Shown here in pieces: positions 1 to 11,040 of a stretch of 64,000 nt of DNA. A model generated the notes under the pieces. That model was given only the letters and a program-made list of their open reading frames with translations. It had not been told where the DNA came from and did not search any database. The position numbers and the translations under genes are program-made. The stretch is from a bacterium (lineage in GTDB: Bacteria > SAR324 > NAC60-12). The stretch covers positions 704,001-768,000 of the forward strand of contig CBDBHR010000029.1 in assembly GCA_965205865.1 (NCBI GenBank). The letters are read 5' to 3'. Every line of letters starts with the position of its first letter. The first letter of the stretch is position 1.

Positions 1-55
1 GTTGACCGACAAATCTCACACAATTCTCTTAAATTTAGAACTCAATTCTCGTTAT

Positions 56-147
56 TGTCATTCCTGGCTTGCCCAGGAATCCACCGGGCTGGCGTTCCAG
101 GGGGCTTACCGACTTTTCCTAGATCCCGGATCAAGTCCGGGATGACA
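56..147. repeat. Palindromic REP-like element (TGTCATTCC...GGGATGACA)
   Basis: Inverted termini, internal hairpin ATCCCGGATCAAGTCCGGGAT; intergenic; same GTCAT..ATGAC style as the MITE cores near 43.4 and 48.3 kb. Confidence 0.7.
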
Positions 148-246
148 CAAAAAGGGTTAATTACTTCGTAACACCTGTACTAGTAGGCTGAGGATTGAAG
201 TTTAGACTGATGCCCTAACAGTCTTCAGTCTTCAGTCTAACCCCCT

Positions 247-884
247 TTATTGATACCGAACCCTGGGGTCCAAGAAAGCATAAAACAGGTCGATGATGAG
301 ATTGATCCCCAAAACCGCAGTAGCAAAAATCAGGTTTATTGCGGAGACTACCGGATAGTCTCTGCTATCGAGGGCAGCCACAAACATACGGCCTATCCCC
401 GGCAGAACGAATATCTGCTCCAAGATAACGGAGCCCCCGATCAGGAGGGGGAGCTGCATGCCGATCAGGGTCACGACTGGGATGAGGGCATTCTTGATGG
501 CGTGCCGCATGACAACCACCCGCTCCCTGAGACCCTTGGCCTAGGCCGTCCTGATGTAGTCCTGCCGGAGCACCTCCAGCATCATGGTGCGCGTCATCCG
601 CATGGTGGCGGCAGACATGGCTGTCCCCAGAATCACGGCCGGAATGAGGAACATCCCAAGATTCCCCAGCGGGTCTTCCTTGAAGGGAATCAGCTTCACT
701 GATGGCGACCAGCCCCACCAGAGTGCCGGGTAGAGCATGACCATAATTCCCAGCCAGAAGTTCGGCGTTGCCAGGCCAATGACGGCCGCGGTGCGCCCTG
801 CATAGTCGGTGGCTGTATCCTGGCGGATCGCCGAGTAGATGCCGACGGGCAGGGCGATGACGAGCCCAATTACGATTGACAGAA
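247..884 (-). pseudogene. Peptide/nickel ABC transporter permease (OppB/DppB family), 5'-truncated, internal amber stop
   Basis: ORFs 541-744 and 247-519 are in the same frame, separated by TAG at 541-543 (RTA*AKG); EAA-loop region MLEVLRQDYIRTA; C-terminal LDPRVRY; GC-rich coding sequence gives way to AT-rich DNA at ~885. Confidence 0.85.
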
Positions 885-1187
885 GTCAACATTTTTGTTT
901 GGCACTGTTCAATTCCCCGTTGACCGTTTCTAAAATTCCTCTGGTGATGATATGATGTTTTACATGACTTTCGGCTAAATAAATATGAGCGAAATTGAAA
1001 TAAAACCTTAGAAAACAAAAGACCAGCAGAAATTCATAAAAACCTTCATAAATTTGCTTTAATTGCTGGTTTCAGGGGAATGCCATCGCTGCTCACAAAA
1101 ATTGCCTGGGAATGCCACTTTTTCCCAGGCAATCGAGTCCTGTAGATCCCGGCAATATATTAGCCAACACTTTGCTTTTCTGCTTCT

Positions 1188-1341
1188 TTAGGAATGAAAT
1201 TTAAATAAGTTAGAAGTATGGATACGCAAATTTGGGGACAGGTAACAGCAGGAAAACAGTAGAGTTGGGATGCCGCTGTACATGTCCCTCAATTTTGCTC
1301 ACAGCATTGGAAGAATTACAGGTTATTTAAGGTTTGTTCCT
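1188..1341. repeat. ~155-bp dispersed repeat (probable MITE/IS end); inverted copy at 10645-10802
   Basis: Reverse-complement match between the two loci, e.g. GATGCCGCTGTACATGTCCC and AGGTTATTTAAGGTTTGTTCCT. Confidence 0.8.
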
Positions 1342-1631
1342 CAGGACACGATTGTTTGATAATAATTGAATGGCCACACCTCACGCGACTGTGTTATAAT
1401 TGCTTTCGTGATTACCGATGCTTTGGAATACCTGAAATTCAGGCAGAATGCTGGAATCCACAAAATCAGTTTGAATTGCAGGAGTGAGTAAAAATGAAAC
1501 AGCACGGTAATCTTCGAAAAAGAACGACTGTTTTATATAAATTGAATTTCATATCAGTACCATTGATCTTGATAGGAACCTCAGGAAGCTGAAATCGAAC
1601 CAGATCATGGAATAAGCTCCGTATAACATAT

Positions 1632-3014
1632 ATGAAATATAAAAGTACTCGGGGATATGTTCGGAACCTGTCCTTTGAAAATACTGTTCTCATGGGATTG
1701 GCAGACGACGGAGGTCTGCTCCTTCCAGAGGAAATTCCCTTGGTCCAAAAAAATTTCCGAGAATGGAGCGAGTATTCTTTTCAGGAATTGAGCTTGGCAA
1801 TTCTATCCCATTTTATCGGAGAAGAGATTCCTGGCAATGATTTGAAAGACCTCATACATCGAAGTCATGCCTCATTTGGTCATACTGAAATCACCCCAGT
1901 TATTCCGGTGGGAGATATTTTTATCTTGGAACTTTTTCATGGTCCCACTTACGCGTTCAAAGACATCGCGTTGCAATTTATAGGAAATCTGTTTGATTAT
2001 TTTTTACAGAAAAATCAATACCACGTCACGGTATTGGTAGCAACCTCCGGAGATACCGGAAGTGCTGCCATTTATGGTTTGAGAGGTAAAAAAAACGTCC
2101 ATCTTTTTGTCCTGCATCCGAAAGGTCGCGTCAGTCCAATTCAAGAATACCAAATGACGACGATATTGGATGCCAACATCCATAACTTGGCGATCGAAGG
2201 CACCTTTGATGATGCGCAAACCATTGTCAAGGCGCTCTTCACGGATTTGCAATTCAAGAAAAAATACCAACTCGGCGCAGTCAATTCATTCAACTGGGCG
2301 CGGATATTGGCACAAATTGTCTATTATTTTTATGCATATTTCAGGGTGCAGCCTCGATGTGAAGAACCTGTCGACTTTTCAGTGCCAACCGGGAATTTTG
2401 GAGATGTTCTGGCAGGTTATTATGCAAAAATGATGGGACTGCCCATCAATCGGCTGATTGTGGCCACCAATCAGAATGATATTCTGCATCGTTTTTTCTC
2501 AAATGGGGAATACCACCAGCATTCCGTCATCCCCACTTGGAGTCCTTCCATGGATATTCAAATCTCCAGCAATTTTGAACGATACCTTTACTACTTGAGT
2601 GGTCAGCAACCCGATAGGTTGGGGCAATGGATGCAAACATTTCATCAAACCGGAAAACTGGACATAAAAGGCGAATTATTGGAAAAGGCGCAACAAGAAA
2701 TGTGCTCTGTCAGTGTTTCAGAAGAAGAGACCCTGATAACGATTCGAGAGTATTTCAATAAATACCAATATATTCTCGATCCTCATACAGCCGTGGGAGT
2801 CCGATCGATGGAGGTGAGATCCGGAAAACATCCTCAAATATGTTTGGCAACCGCTCATCCTGCCAAGTTTGCGCACGCAGTCCAAGCTGCTATAGGAATA
2901 GAGCCTTCTTTGCCTCCGGCATTGTCTTGTTTGCAAAACCAGGAAACCCGGTGTCACGTCCTCCCCGCCTCCATAGATGCAGTGAAGGAAAAAATTGTCC
3001 GGATAATGCAATAA
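1632..3014 (+). CDS. thrC: Threonine synthase
   Basis: MKYKSTRG start, GLADDGGLLLP, LELFHGPTYAFKD (PLP lysine), ATSGDTGSA, VPTGNFG, LATAHPAKF. Confidence 0.97.
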   Translation: MKYKSTRGYVRNLSFENTVLMGLADDGGLLLPEEIPLVQKNFREWSEYSFQELSLAILSHFIGEEIPGNDLKDLIHRSHASFGHTEITPVIPVGDIFILELFHGPTYAFKDIALQFIGNLFDYFLQKNQYHVTVLVATSGDTGSAAIYGLRGKKNVHLFVLHPKGRVSPIQEYQMTTILDANIHNLAIEGTFDDAQTIVKALFTDLQFKKKYQLGAVNSFNWARILAQIVYYFYAYFRVQPRCEEPVDFSVPTGNFGDVLAGYYAKMMGLPINRLIVATNQNDILHRFFSNGEYHQHSVIPTWSPSMDIQISSNFERYLYYLSGQQPDRLGQWMQTFHQTGKLDIKGELLEKAQQEMCSVSVSEEETLITIREYFNKYQYILDPHTAVGVRSMEVRSGKHPQICLATAHPAKFAHAVQAAIGIEPSLPPALSCLQNQETRCHVLPASIDAVKEKIVRIMQ

Positions 3015-3037
3015 TTGTTTGTCGACCACGTGGTTTT

Positions 3038-4024
3038 ATGCAAGAGAAGAACGAGATTTCATATCATAAATTTGAAAAAAAGAGACCACGGTGGACAAAA
3101 AAATTGCGACGTAATCTGGAATATTATTCGTTGCTCGGAGGGATCGCACTGGGCAATCATCTTTCTTTTGAGGTTTTGCAATTCTTAGGTAGGTGTCTGG
3201 GACGAACTGCCTATTATCTGCTCTGGAAAGACCGTGGAATTGTCGAGCAACAGCTTGCTCTCGTTTTTAAGGACATTCCTGCTTGCCAGCGAAAAAGGTG
3301 GACTTATGATTGTTTTCTCCATTTTGGGCAAATGATGTTCGAAGTACTGGGCATGGATCACTTTACACAATCCACCCAGAGGATCAAAGTGGATGGAGAA
3401 GCATTATTACAAGAAGGACACGAGCGGGGAAAAGGAACCATTGTATTGGGCGCCCATTTAGGGAACTGGGAACTATTGACATCTTTTTTTGAGAGAACCG
3501 GGTATTCGGCCAAAGTGGCAGTGACTCCAATTTATGATAAACGCTTGAATGATTTTTTTGTCAAATTACGCCAAAAAGGAGGCATTACTCTGGTTCCGCG
3601 TGGCGCCCCTCAGACTTCTCGCGCAATTTTGGAATGTTTTAAGCAGAATGAGATTTTTTTTGTGCTCATCGATCAGGATACCGATGTCTCCAGTATGTTT
3701 GTTCCCTTTTTTGATATTCCGGCAAAAACTCCGGTAGTTGCTGCCAGTCTGGCTTTGAAAACAGGAGCATTGGTATTGAGTGCGATGGTGATCCGACAAC
3801 CGTATGGACAATTCGAAGTTCAATTGAAACGTGTCGGAATTTTCGAAAAAAAGAAAGCCAATCGAAGCGATCTCTTTGAAGTCACAATGCGATTCAATCA
3901 GCATCTCGAACAAATCATTCGACGTTATCCTTCGCAGTGGGCATGGTTTCATCGTCGCTGGAATCACAGGCCTACAGAAAAAGATCTGCTGTTTTTTCAG
4001 GAAATGAATTCCTTGAAAAAATAA
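3038..4024 (+). CDS. Lipid A biosynthesis acyltransferase (LpxL/HtrB family)
   Basis: AHLGNWEL, LIDQD, VPFF, QWAWFHRRW motifs; ATG at 3038 preferred over 2840, which overlaps thrC. Confidence 0.9.
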   Translation: MQEKNEISYHKFEKKRPRWTKKLRRNLEYYSLLGGIALGNHLSFEVLQFLGRCLGRTAYYLLWKDRGIVEQQLALVFKDIPACQRKRWTYDCFLHFGQMMFEVLGMDHFTQSTQRIKVDGEALLQEGHERGKGTIVLGAHLGNWELLTSFFERTGYSAKVAVTPIYDKRLNDFFVKLRQKGGITLVPRGAPQTSRAILECFKQNEIFFVLIDQDTDVSSMFVPFFDIPAKTPVVAASLALKTGALVLSAMVIRQPYGQFEVQLKRVGIFEKKKANRSDLFEVTMRFNQHLEQIIRRYPSQWAWFHRRWNHRPTEKDLLFFQEMNSLKK

Positions 4025-4056
4025 TGTACCATCAACAAGGAAAGTGAACGAATCTT

Positions 4057-4824
4057 ATGGATCACAAACGGTTATATGAGATCTTCCAACAGATTCATGA
4101 AAGAACATTGACGCCGGAGAACGCCTTGAAACACGTACAGGCGGCTAGTTACAGTGATTTGGGATTTGCTAAAGTTGATCATGGACGGCAATCGAGAATG
4201 GGTTTTCCTGAAGTGGTTTATGCGGAGCACAAATCCGTGGAGCATCTGGCAAACATTTGTGAAAGCCATCTTGAAATCCATGACCGTTTGCTGGTTACCC
4301 GTCTTTCAGAAGAAAAATTTTTGCAACTGCAGGAAAAAGGGATTCCAGGCCGTTACAATAGTGTGTCCCGCACTTTATCCTTTGTTCCGGAACAAGGCGA
4401 ACAAAAAGGAGATATTCTGATCTTGAGTGCAGGGACTGCTGATTTGCCAGTCGCAGAAGAAGCAAAAGAAACGGCAAGGATAATGGGCAACGCCGTTGAG
4501 TTGATTTCAGACGTGGGTGTTGCCGGACTGCATCGTCTATTGGATCAACTGGAACGACTGCGCCAAGCCAAAGTGATTATTGTGGTTGCAGGAATGGAAG
4601 GAGCATTGGCCAGCGTGGTGGGAGGCCTGGTTCAAATCCCCGTGATTGCCGTACCCACTTCAGTGGGATATGGAATGGGATTGCAAGGCTTTGGGACTTT
4701 GCTTTCGATGCTCAATAGCTGTGCTCCCGGAGTCACGGTTGTCAATATCGACAATGGATTTGGAGCGGCTTTTACAGCCAGTTTGATCAATAATCCCGTT
4801 GCGGATCGTGGTCGAAAGGTGTGA
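4057..4824 (+). CDS. larB: Nickel-pincer cofactor biosynthesis protein LarB (PurE-like)
   Basis: GFPEVVY, SAGTADLPVAEEA, DVGVAGLHRL, VAGMEGAL, VPTSVGYG, VVNIDNGFGAA. Confidence 0.93.
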   Translation: MDHKRLYEIFQQIHERTLTPENALKHVQAASYSDLGFAKVDHGRQSRMGFPEVVYAEHKSVEHLANICESHLEIHDRLLVTRLSEEKFLQLQEKGIPGRYNSVSRTLSFVPEQGEQKGDILILSAGTADLPVAEEAKETARIMGNAVELISDVGVAGLHRLLDQLERLRQAKVIIVVAGMEGALASVVGGLVQIPVIAVPTSVGYGMGLQGFGTLLSMLNSCAPGVTVVNIDNGFGAAFTASLINNPVADRGRKV

Positions 4825-4845
4825 AGAAAGTGGAAAATAGCATCC

Positions 4846-5643
4846 TTGAAAAGGAAAAACAACGTGCCGATCGCATTGAGTAGAAAGCAACGAATTCATT
4901 ACCGACTCGAGGGAAACAAAGGGCCTTATTTGGTGCTATACTCTCCTTTTTTACAGACCCTCCAAGGATGGTATCGTAGCAACTATGTGAAACACTTGCA
5001 GGATAATTGTCGTTTAATTTTGATCGATCCCCTGGGGCAAGGTCGTAGTGATGCTCCCCAGAAATTCGAGCACTACGTCATAGAATCCAGAGCACGGGAT
5101 ATCCTGGATATCATGGAAGAATTGAAAGTCGAAAAAATGCACTTTCTTGGTTTGGGAATAGGAGCGCAAGTAGGTTTTTTCATGGCAGCTCACTTCCCGA
5201 AACGGGTCCGTTCATTGATTGTTGCAGGTGCGCACCCATATCCCGTTACAACAGAATTGCAGAAAATCCAGGAATGGATTCAACAATTGCGCACTGATGG
5301 CATTGTAGCGCTCCTCAATTCACTGAAATCCCGGCAATCTTTTTCTACCGAGTGGGAATTGGAAGTGTCGCAAGGAATAGCGGGAGCGTATGCAATGTCT
5401 TTGGAGGCAATCTGTCAATGGGATGGCATCGAAGGTCTTTTAGAATCCGTTTCCATTCCGACACTGCTGATTACGGAGACGGGAGAGGAAAAATTTCTGG
5501 CAATACGTGAAGCAGGCCGTATCATGCCTCGTGCACGGTATCTGATTCTGCCCCAATTGAAATATGAAGATGGGCTCTTAGATGCAGCTACAATCGCGCC
5601 TCATCTGATCGAGTTTATTCGAAAACAACACCGTCCTGAATAG
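4846..5643 (+). CDS. Alpha/beta hydrolase fold protein
   Basis: LIDPLGQGRSD motif; nucleophile elbow reads GLGIG with no serine, so possibly non-catalytic. Confidence 0.8.
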   Translation: MKRKNNVPIALSRKQRIHYRLEGNKGPYLVLYSPFLQTLQGWYRSNYVKHLQDNCRLILIDPLGQGRSDAPQKFEHYVIESRARDILDIMEELKVEKMHFLGLGIGAQVGFFMAAHFPKRVRSLIVAGAHPYPVTTELQKIQEWIQQLRTDGIVALLNSLKSRQSFSTEWELEVSQGIAGAYAMSLEAICQWDGIEGLLESVSIPTLLITETGEEKFLAIREAGRIMPRARYLILPQLKYEDGLLDAATIAPHLIEFIRKQHRPE

Positions 5644-5794
5644 ACCTGGGAATATTGCAAAAAAGTAGTAATCCCTCATCACCTCTCTCTTGAAACTGAG
5701 CAATATCAACGAGGTTTCCATGAGCTGAAGAAGATCTTCTGTTTTTGCGCATGAATATGCCTGGTAAACAAATACGGATTTCAGCCGATGCCGA

Positions 5795-6592
5795 TTGAGA
5801 ACGGATTATCCGGACCGAGTGAATGTGATGTTCATTGGAATAATCGTTGCGATCCTTCTTGGAAGTGCCATAAGCATAATTTTGGTAAGAGGCATCTACC
5901 GTATGCCTTATGATCAAAAGCTGTGGTCCCCCCCTCTCCAATGCCCTTTCTGCCACAAGAATTTCATTTGGTATGTTCATATTCCAGTGCTGGGATTCTG
6001 GCTTTGCAAGCGTCGTTGTTCTAATTGTCATCAACCTATGTCATCGCAACCCTTCTGGATTGAACTCTTCACCATATTGGGTACCACCACACTCTTTTTG
6101 TCTCAGCGCGCCCCAAGCATCTTGGCCATCGATCTGGTGTTTTTATACTTGTTGATTGCAATTGCATTCATTGATTGGAACGTCATGATCATCGAACCGC
6201 GAGTCATCATTCTTGGAATCGTCCTCCGTTTGGTTTGGCTTGCCTGGTTTGAACGCCACATGTTTTTGTACTTCCTAGGTAGTATGTGCATTGCCGCGGG
6301 TGCGTTTTATTTCATTGGTTTTGTTTATGAAACCCTGCGACGTCAGCAAGGATTGGGGGACGGAGATGCTGCCGTGATCGCAGCAATCGCTCTATGGGTT
6401 GGATGGGAAGCTCTCAGTGTCACGGTTTTGATTGCCGCTTTGAGTGGATTGATGGTAGGAGGAACTTCGTTAATATTGAAAAAACGACCATTGGCGACCA
6501 GCCGAGTACCCTTTGCGCCGTTTTTGTGTCTCAGTGGGGGTCTCGTGTATTTTACCCAAGACTGGATAAATGGGACTCCCTTCCTTTTTTGA
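5795..6592 (+). CDS. pilD: Prepilin peptidase (peptidase A24); start may be 5828
   Basis: CPFC...CSNC zinc motif, IAFID, GLGDGD, VPFAPFL; multiple TM segments. Confidence 0.9.
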   Translation: MRTDYPDRVNVMFIGIIVAILLGSAISIILVRGIYRMPYDQKLWSPPLQCPFCHKNFIWYVHIPVLGFWLCKRRCSNCHQPMSSQPFWIELFTILGTTTLFLSQRAPSILAIDLVFLYLLIAIAFIDWNVMIIEPRVIILGIVLRLVWLAWFERHMFLYFLGSMCIAAGAFYFIGFVYETLRRQQGLGDGDAAVIAAIALWVGWEALSVTVLIAALSGLMVGGTSLILKKRPLATSRVPFAPFLCLSGGLVYFTQDWINGTPFLF

Positions 6593-6601
6593 GGCGTAAT
6601 C

Positions 6602-7882
6602 ATGCTGAATAGAAAATCTGTTTGCTACATTTTCGTTGGCAGGTATGCGATATGGGTTGTGTTCCGAGCACGGGTCGTTCATGCTGAAATCTCTCCTCAA
6701 GCATTGACAGTTAGCCATATCATCAAGAAATGTTCCCGGTGGAAGTGTTCGAAAATCGTCTTATTCTTGGAATTTCCCTGGGTGCTATTAAACGTTCAGG
6801 TGACAATCCCGCTTTCTCGCAAGGATGCCTTTCAATTCAGCCGAAATGTGCTTGGGTTTCATCATAGCACTCCCGACAAATTCTCAAAAATCGGTATTTG
6901 TTTTTTTGAACTAACCGAAAAGAATAGAAAAGGTTTGCTCTCGGCCGCCCTTCCTCCACAAACATTGAAGCTCATTGATGGTTTGAAAAAAAACAAACGC
7001 GTCAAAGTGGAACCCGTCCCTTTGTTGTGTGGCTACTTACCTCAATTGCTGAAAATGGCGTCTGACGTCATTTTTTTCAGGGGAATTCGACAGACAGTTT
7101 TCCTTACCAAAAAGAAGCAATTGCTGGAAAAAATAACGATTCTCCCTGAAGCAAGCGCAAGGGAGGGTGGAACAAAAATTATCGGAGATTTTTTGGATGT
7201 TATTCCTGAGGGGTACAAAACAGTCTATTTGAGTAATCAGGCAGCAGAATCTGAAGACAGAGCCAGCCTTTCCATTCTCACAACCACCCGCCAATGGAAG
7301 GGATTGACAAAAAATAGCAATCCTTCCTTTGAATGGGAAACCCGGGAATTGTCCTGGAAAACCAATTGGAAATGGTTGGCGGCAGCGGGAGGAGTTGGGA
7401 TCATGGGAATTTTATTTTTTTGGTATTTCTCCTTGCAGGAAGCCAACACAAATCTCCAACAACAAATCAGTCGCTCCCTTCAAAAAATCCAAGAAAATCA
7501 AACGAAAATTGGACATTTCAAAGTCTATGCCCAGCAACGTGAACATTTTATCCAGATGAATACAATCTATCAGCATCTCAAAAGTATGTCTGTGGTTGCC
7601 AAGAAAAGTTTAGAACAATTGATTGCCCCCATGGACCGTCGGGTTTGGATTGAGTACTTGAATTATAGCGATCAACAATTGGATTTGAGTTTAATGGCTT
7701 TGGATGCAAATGTAATTCCAGATGTATTGGAGCAGTTGGCAGCGACTCCTGCAACAGAAAAAATACTGCTGAAATCTCAGGAATTAGTGCAAATTGAGCA
7801 GCAGGACGTTGTGAAAATTATTTTGCAAATCGATTTGAAAACAGAAGAAGCAAAACCCATTTTGAGATTTGGTATTGAATAA
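6602..7882 (+). CDS. Type IV pilus assembly protein, PilN-like C-terminal region
   Basis: Single TM followed by coiled coil and a VWIEYL-type domain; lies between pilD and pilO. Confidence 0.55.
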   Translation: MLNRKSVCYIFVGRYAIWVVFRARVVHAEISPQALTVSHIIKKCSRWKCSKIVLFLEFPWVLLNVQVTIPLSRKDAFQFSRNVLGFHHSTPDKFSKIGICFFELTEKNRKGLLSAALPPQTLKLIDGLKKNKRVKVEPVPLLCGYLPQLLKMASDVIFFRGIRQTVFLTKKKQLLEKITILPEASAREGGTKIIGDFLDVIPEGYKTVYLSNQAAESEDRASLSILTTTRQWKGLTKNSNPSFEWETRELSWKTNWKWLAAAGGVGIMGILFFWYFSLQEANTNLQQQISRSLQKIQENQTKIGHFKVYAQQREHFIQMNTIYQHLKSMSVVAKKSLEQLIAPMDRRVWIEYLNYSDQQLDLSLMALDANVIPDVLEQLAATPATEKILLKSQELVQIEQQDVVKIILQIDLKTEEAKPILRFGIE

Positions 7883-8432
7883 CTTGTCGAATAGACAATG
7901 GCTCTTCATCGGTTTGATTGGGATATTATTGATATCGTTGATTTACAATATCAAATTGAGTCCGGAATTGGAGCGGCAACAACGATTGAAACAACGCCAT
8001 CATATAGTTTTGACGAAGCTGCAGGAACTCAATCAATATCAAATCTACCAAAGACAGCTACAGGAGGAAACTGCGGGTATCGAGGAGCAAATCAAACTGA
8101 TCGAGCAAGTATTACCAGAACGCCTGGATCTCGCAAATATCACGGCTTATTTACTACAAGCAATCCAAAAAAGCGAACTGCAGTCAATTCGCCAGGTAAT
8201 GACTCCCGAATTTGACCTGGAACATTATGCGGAGCTGAGCATTCACTTGCAAATGGAGGGGTATTATCGACAACTGCTGGAAATGGTCCGACAATTGGAA
8301 AAATTACCATTTTTGGTTAACATACGGAGATTGGAAATAAAAAACAACACGCTTACCAGTGATGACCCTCGATTGCAAATTCAAATCGATCTCAGTATTT
8401 ACCGGCGTCAGCCCAACATAGAATTGTTTTAG
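7869..8432 (+). CDS. pilO: Type IV pilus assembly protein PilO
   Basis: N-terminal TM, coiled coil, VLP, YAELSIHLQMEGYY..LEKLPFLVNI. Confidence 0.8.
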   Translation: MVLNNLSNRQWLFIGLIGILLISLIYNIKLSPELERQQRLKQRHHIVLTKLQELNQYQIYQRQLQEETAGIEEQIKLIEQVLPERLDLANITAYLLQAIQKSELQSIRQVMTPEFDLEHYAELSIHLQMEGYYRQLLEMVRQLEKLPFLVNIRRLEIKNNTLTSDDPRLQIQIDLSIYRRQPNIELF

Positions 8433-8465
8433 AAAATCTGCTTTTTTTGTTTCGTCCGAGGAAAG

Positions 8466-9314
8466 TTGATGTTGAGATGGTGGAGCATACTGACCGTGCC
8501 CAGTTGTACATTTTTGTTGTTCAGCAATGTGTGGGGGCAGAATGAAACTCAACCAGCCATTGAGTATAATCCCTTTGGGAGCGTGCTGGCATCGTCAAAA
8601 AAACCCGAATCCGAAACTCCATCTCCGCCTACAGCTCCTGCTCAAAGCACAGATACTTCCCGGAGTATACAAACAGAGCAGAAAAAAGAAGAAATAAAGA
8701 CGTCTCTCCCGGAACTCATAATTTCCCGCAATCTTACTAAAAAGAAAAAGGGAATTAATCCTCAAATGCTGTCCGCGTCCGATCTCATTTCTGAGGGAAA
8801 AAATACACTCCTTCTCCCCCAGGAGCCAATTGCTTCAGAGCAGGTAGCGCAAAAAATACTGTCCCAATTTCGCGTCAAGAAATCGATTGCCGGCACTGAA
8901 TGGTTCTCCCGGAACCAGGCAGCTCTCCAGCAAAACATGGTACTCGAATCCCACACCGTCGAGAGGGAGGTGAAAAAGACGGAATCCGTCCAAACCCTGA
9001 CCGGGAAAATGGCCAATGGACCCGATAAAGAGAGAGAAAAATCGTCTCTAGCCACTCCAGCGGGGTCAGTTTCTGAAGAAACTGAAGACCATCTTGCGGA
9101 AGCATCGCAGAAATCAAATGAATATAAACTCGTATTGAATGGCATTGTTGTGGGCACCGAAGGACGATTTGCGGTGATCCGGCATGAAGAAAGATGGCAT
9201 ATTGTTTCAGAGGGAGATCTTATTGTGGGGAAGCGCATAATTAAGATTGGAAAAAAAGAAGTCATACTACAAGACGGGAGTCAGCAAATAAGTCTCAGTT
9301 TCGAAAATCCGTGA
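8466..9314 (+). CDS. Exported protein with PilP/GspC-like C-terminal domain
   Basis: Signal-like N-terminus, low-complexity linker, LVLNGIV..FAVI..VSEGDLI..IIKI; follows pilO. Confidence 0.6.
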   Translation: MMLRWWSILTVPSCTFLLFSNVWGQNETQPAIEYNPFGSVLASSKKPESETPSPPTAPAQSTDTSRSIQTEQKKEEIKTSLPELIISRNLTKKKKGINPQMLSASDLISEGKNTLLLPQEPIASEQVAQKILSQFRVKKSIAGTEWFSRNQAALQQNMVLESHTVEREVKKTESVQTLTGKMANGPDKEREKSSLATPAGSVSEETEDHLAEASQKSNEYKLVLNGIVVGTEGRFAVIRHEERWHIVSEGDLIVGKRIIKIGKKEVILQDGSQQISLSFENP

Positions 9315-9368
9315 GCTGAAAGAATGGAAAGTCAATCAGTTGTACCAAAGGATAAAATTAAATGACGT

Positions 9369-10454
9369 TTGAACAAGTATATACGGCAAGAGTATAAATT
9401 GATGGAACTGCTGGGAACTTTGACTACGCTGGCACGACAACACCTGGGCCCTCTTGTTGAACCTGAAATGTTGAAAGGGGATGGCTCCGACCGTCAAATT
9501 TATCGTTTTCACAAGGGGTCGCAGTCTTGGATTGGAGTGACGAATCCAAATGTTTCCGAGAATCGAGCATTTATTTTTTTGTCCGGGCAACTGGCTCTGA
9601 TTGGCATTCCGGTTCCTCGAATATATGCAGTTGATTGGAAAGAGGATTGTTATTTGCTGGAAGATTTGGGGAATCAGTCGATGGCAGATTTATTGAGACT
9701 GTGGCATGAGGCCGACCCTGCCAATAGCGCCGCTATTCTGGAAGCCTATCAAAAAGTGTTATACTGGTTACCTCGCATCCAGTTTGAAGGGCACCAGGGA
9801 CTGGATTATTCGTTTTGTTGCCGAGAATCAGTTCTGGACCGTTCTGTATTTACATGGGATTTGGAGTACTTCCAACAATTCTTCTGGAAGCAGTATATCC
9901 CGCAATATCCGTCGAGCGACGCCATTTTGAAAGAACTCGGGCATCTTATTGAATATCTGGAGGCAGTGGAACGCCAAGTCTTGGTTGTACGAGATTTTCA
10001 ACCAAGAAATATCATGTGGAAAGAAGAAACCCCTTATTTTATTGATTACCAAATGGCGTGTCGGGGCGCGTTACATTATGATGTCGCTTGCCTCTTGTAT
10101 GCCTCCTCATCCGCACTGGATGAGCAACAGCGCGATACCCTCATCAGTGTCTATCTACAAGAATTGCAACCCTGGCGTCTGTTATCAAAAGCCCAGTTTC
10201 TCCAACATTTCTATCATTTCGCGCTACTCCGGCGTTTGCGTTCTTTAGGAACCTATGGCTATTTGTCTTCCCAGAAAAGTAAATATCACTTTCTGAAAGC
10301 AATTCCTCAAACGATTCGTGAAATCCACGACTTACTACTGCACCAACCCACATTGAATGACTTTTCTCATTTGAAAGCAATGTTTTACGAATGGACACAG
10401 GATTGTAATCTCTCCCAGCCTTCCTTATTCATAAAGAGCTTGTACAAAAAGTAG
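9369..10454 (+). CDS. Aminoglycoside phosphotransferase family protein (AmgK-like sugar kinase)
   Basis: GDGSDRQIYR, LLEDLG, RDFQPRNIM, IDYQ, YDVACLL. Confidence 0.85.
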   Translation: MNKYIRQEYKLMELLGTLTTLARQHLGPLVEPEMLKGDGSDRQIYRFHKGSQSWIGVTNPNVSENRAFIFLSGQLALIGIPVPRIYAVDWKEDCYLLEDLGNQSMADLLRLWHEADPANSAAILEAYQKVLYWLPRIQFEGHQGLDYSFCCRESVLDRSVFTWDLEYFQQFFWKQYIPQYPSSDAILKELGHLIEYLEAVERQVLVVRDFQPRNIMWKEETPYFIDYQMACRGALHYDVACLLYASSSALDEQQRDTLISVYLQELQPWRLLSKAQFLQHFYHFALLRRLRSLGTYGYLSSQKSKYHFLKAIPQTIREIHDLLLHQPTLNDFSHLKAMFYEWTQDCNLSQPSLFIKSLYKK

Positions 10455-10644
10455 GTTTCAGGTTGAAATGCGCTGGCAAAATGATCTCAACCCCTTACCC
10501 CACAATCGTTGCCCTCCGTTCCTGCTCTCTCGCCGCTCAAAAGAAGCTCCTCGGCCCTTGCCTTCCACAATTTTCAAAAAATCAATCGCCTCCCTCCTTG
10601 ATTTATTGGTTTATTTTTTTGCGAATCCTCCATTTTTTTTATTA

Positions 10645-10802
10645 AGGAACAAACCTTAAATAACCTGTAATTATTCCAATGGTGTGAGCAAAATTGGGGG
10701 ACATGTACAGCGGCATCCCAACTCTACTGTTTTATGCCTGCTGTTACGTGTCCCCTAATTTTGCGTATCCATACTTCTAACTTATTTAAATTTCATTCCT
10801 AA
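10645..10802. repeat. Inverted copy of the 1188-1341 repeat
   Basis: Reverse-complement similarity to 1188-1341. Confidence 0.8.
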
Positions 10803-11040
10803 GGGCTTGAGGCAGCGTAGTAATGCTAAAATTATGCCTTGTTGTTTTAGGGAAGGAGAGGGTTCCCGCTCGATCAATTGAACAAAATCTTGGGAGGATT
10901 CCCGCTCGATCGATTGAACAATACCCCGGGAGGATGTGAAAACGATGGATCCTTCCCGGGAATCTTTTTTCAACGTTATTGAACTGAACGGCTTCTGACT
11001 GTCCCCGGATTTGAGCAGATTTATTGATTTTTTGTTTTTT

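Noticed and set aside
541-543. In-frame TAG as stop-codon recoding
   Set aside because: The gene is also 5'-truncated and TAG terminates intact genes elsewhere in the window
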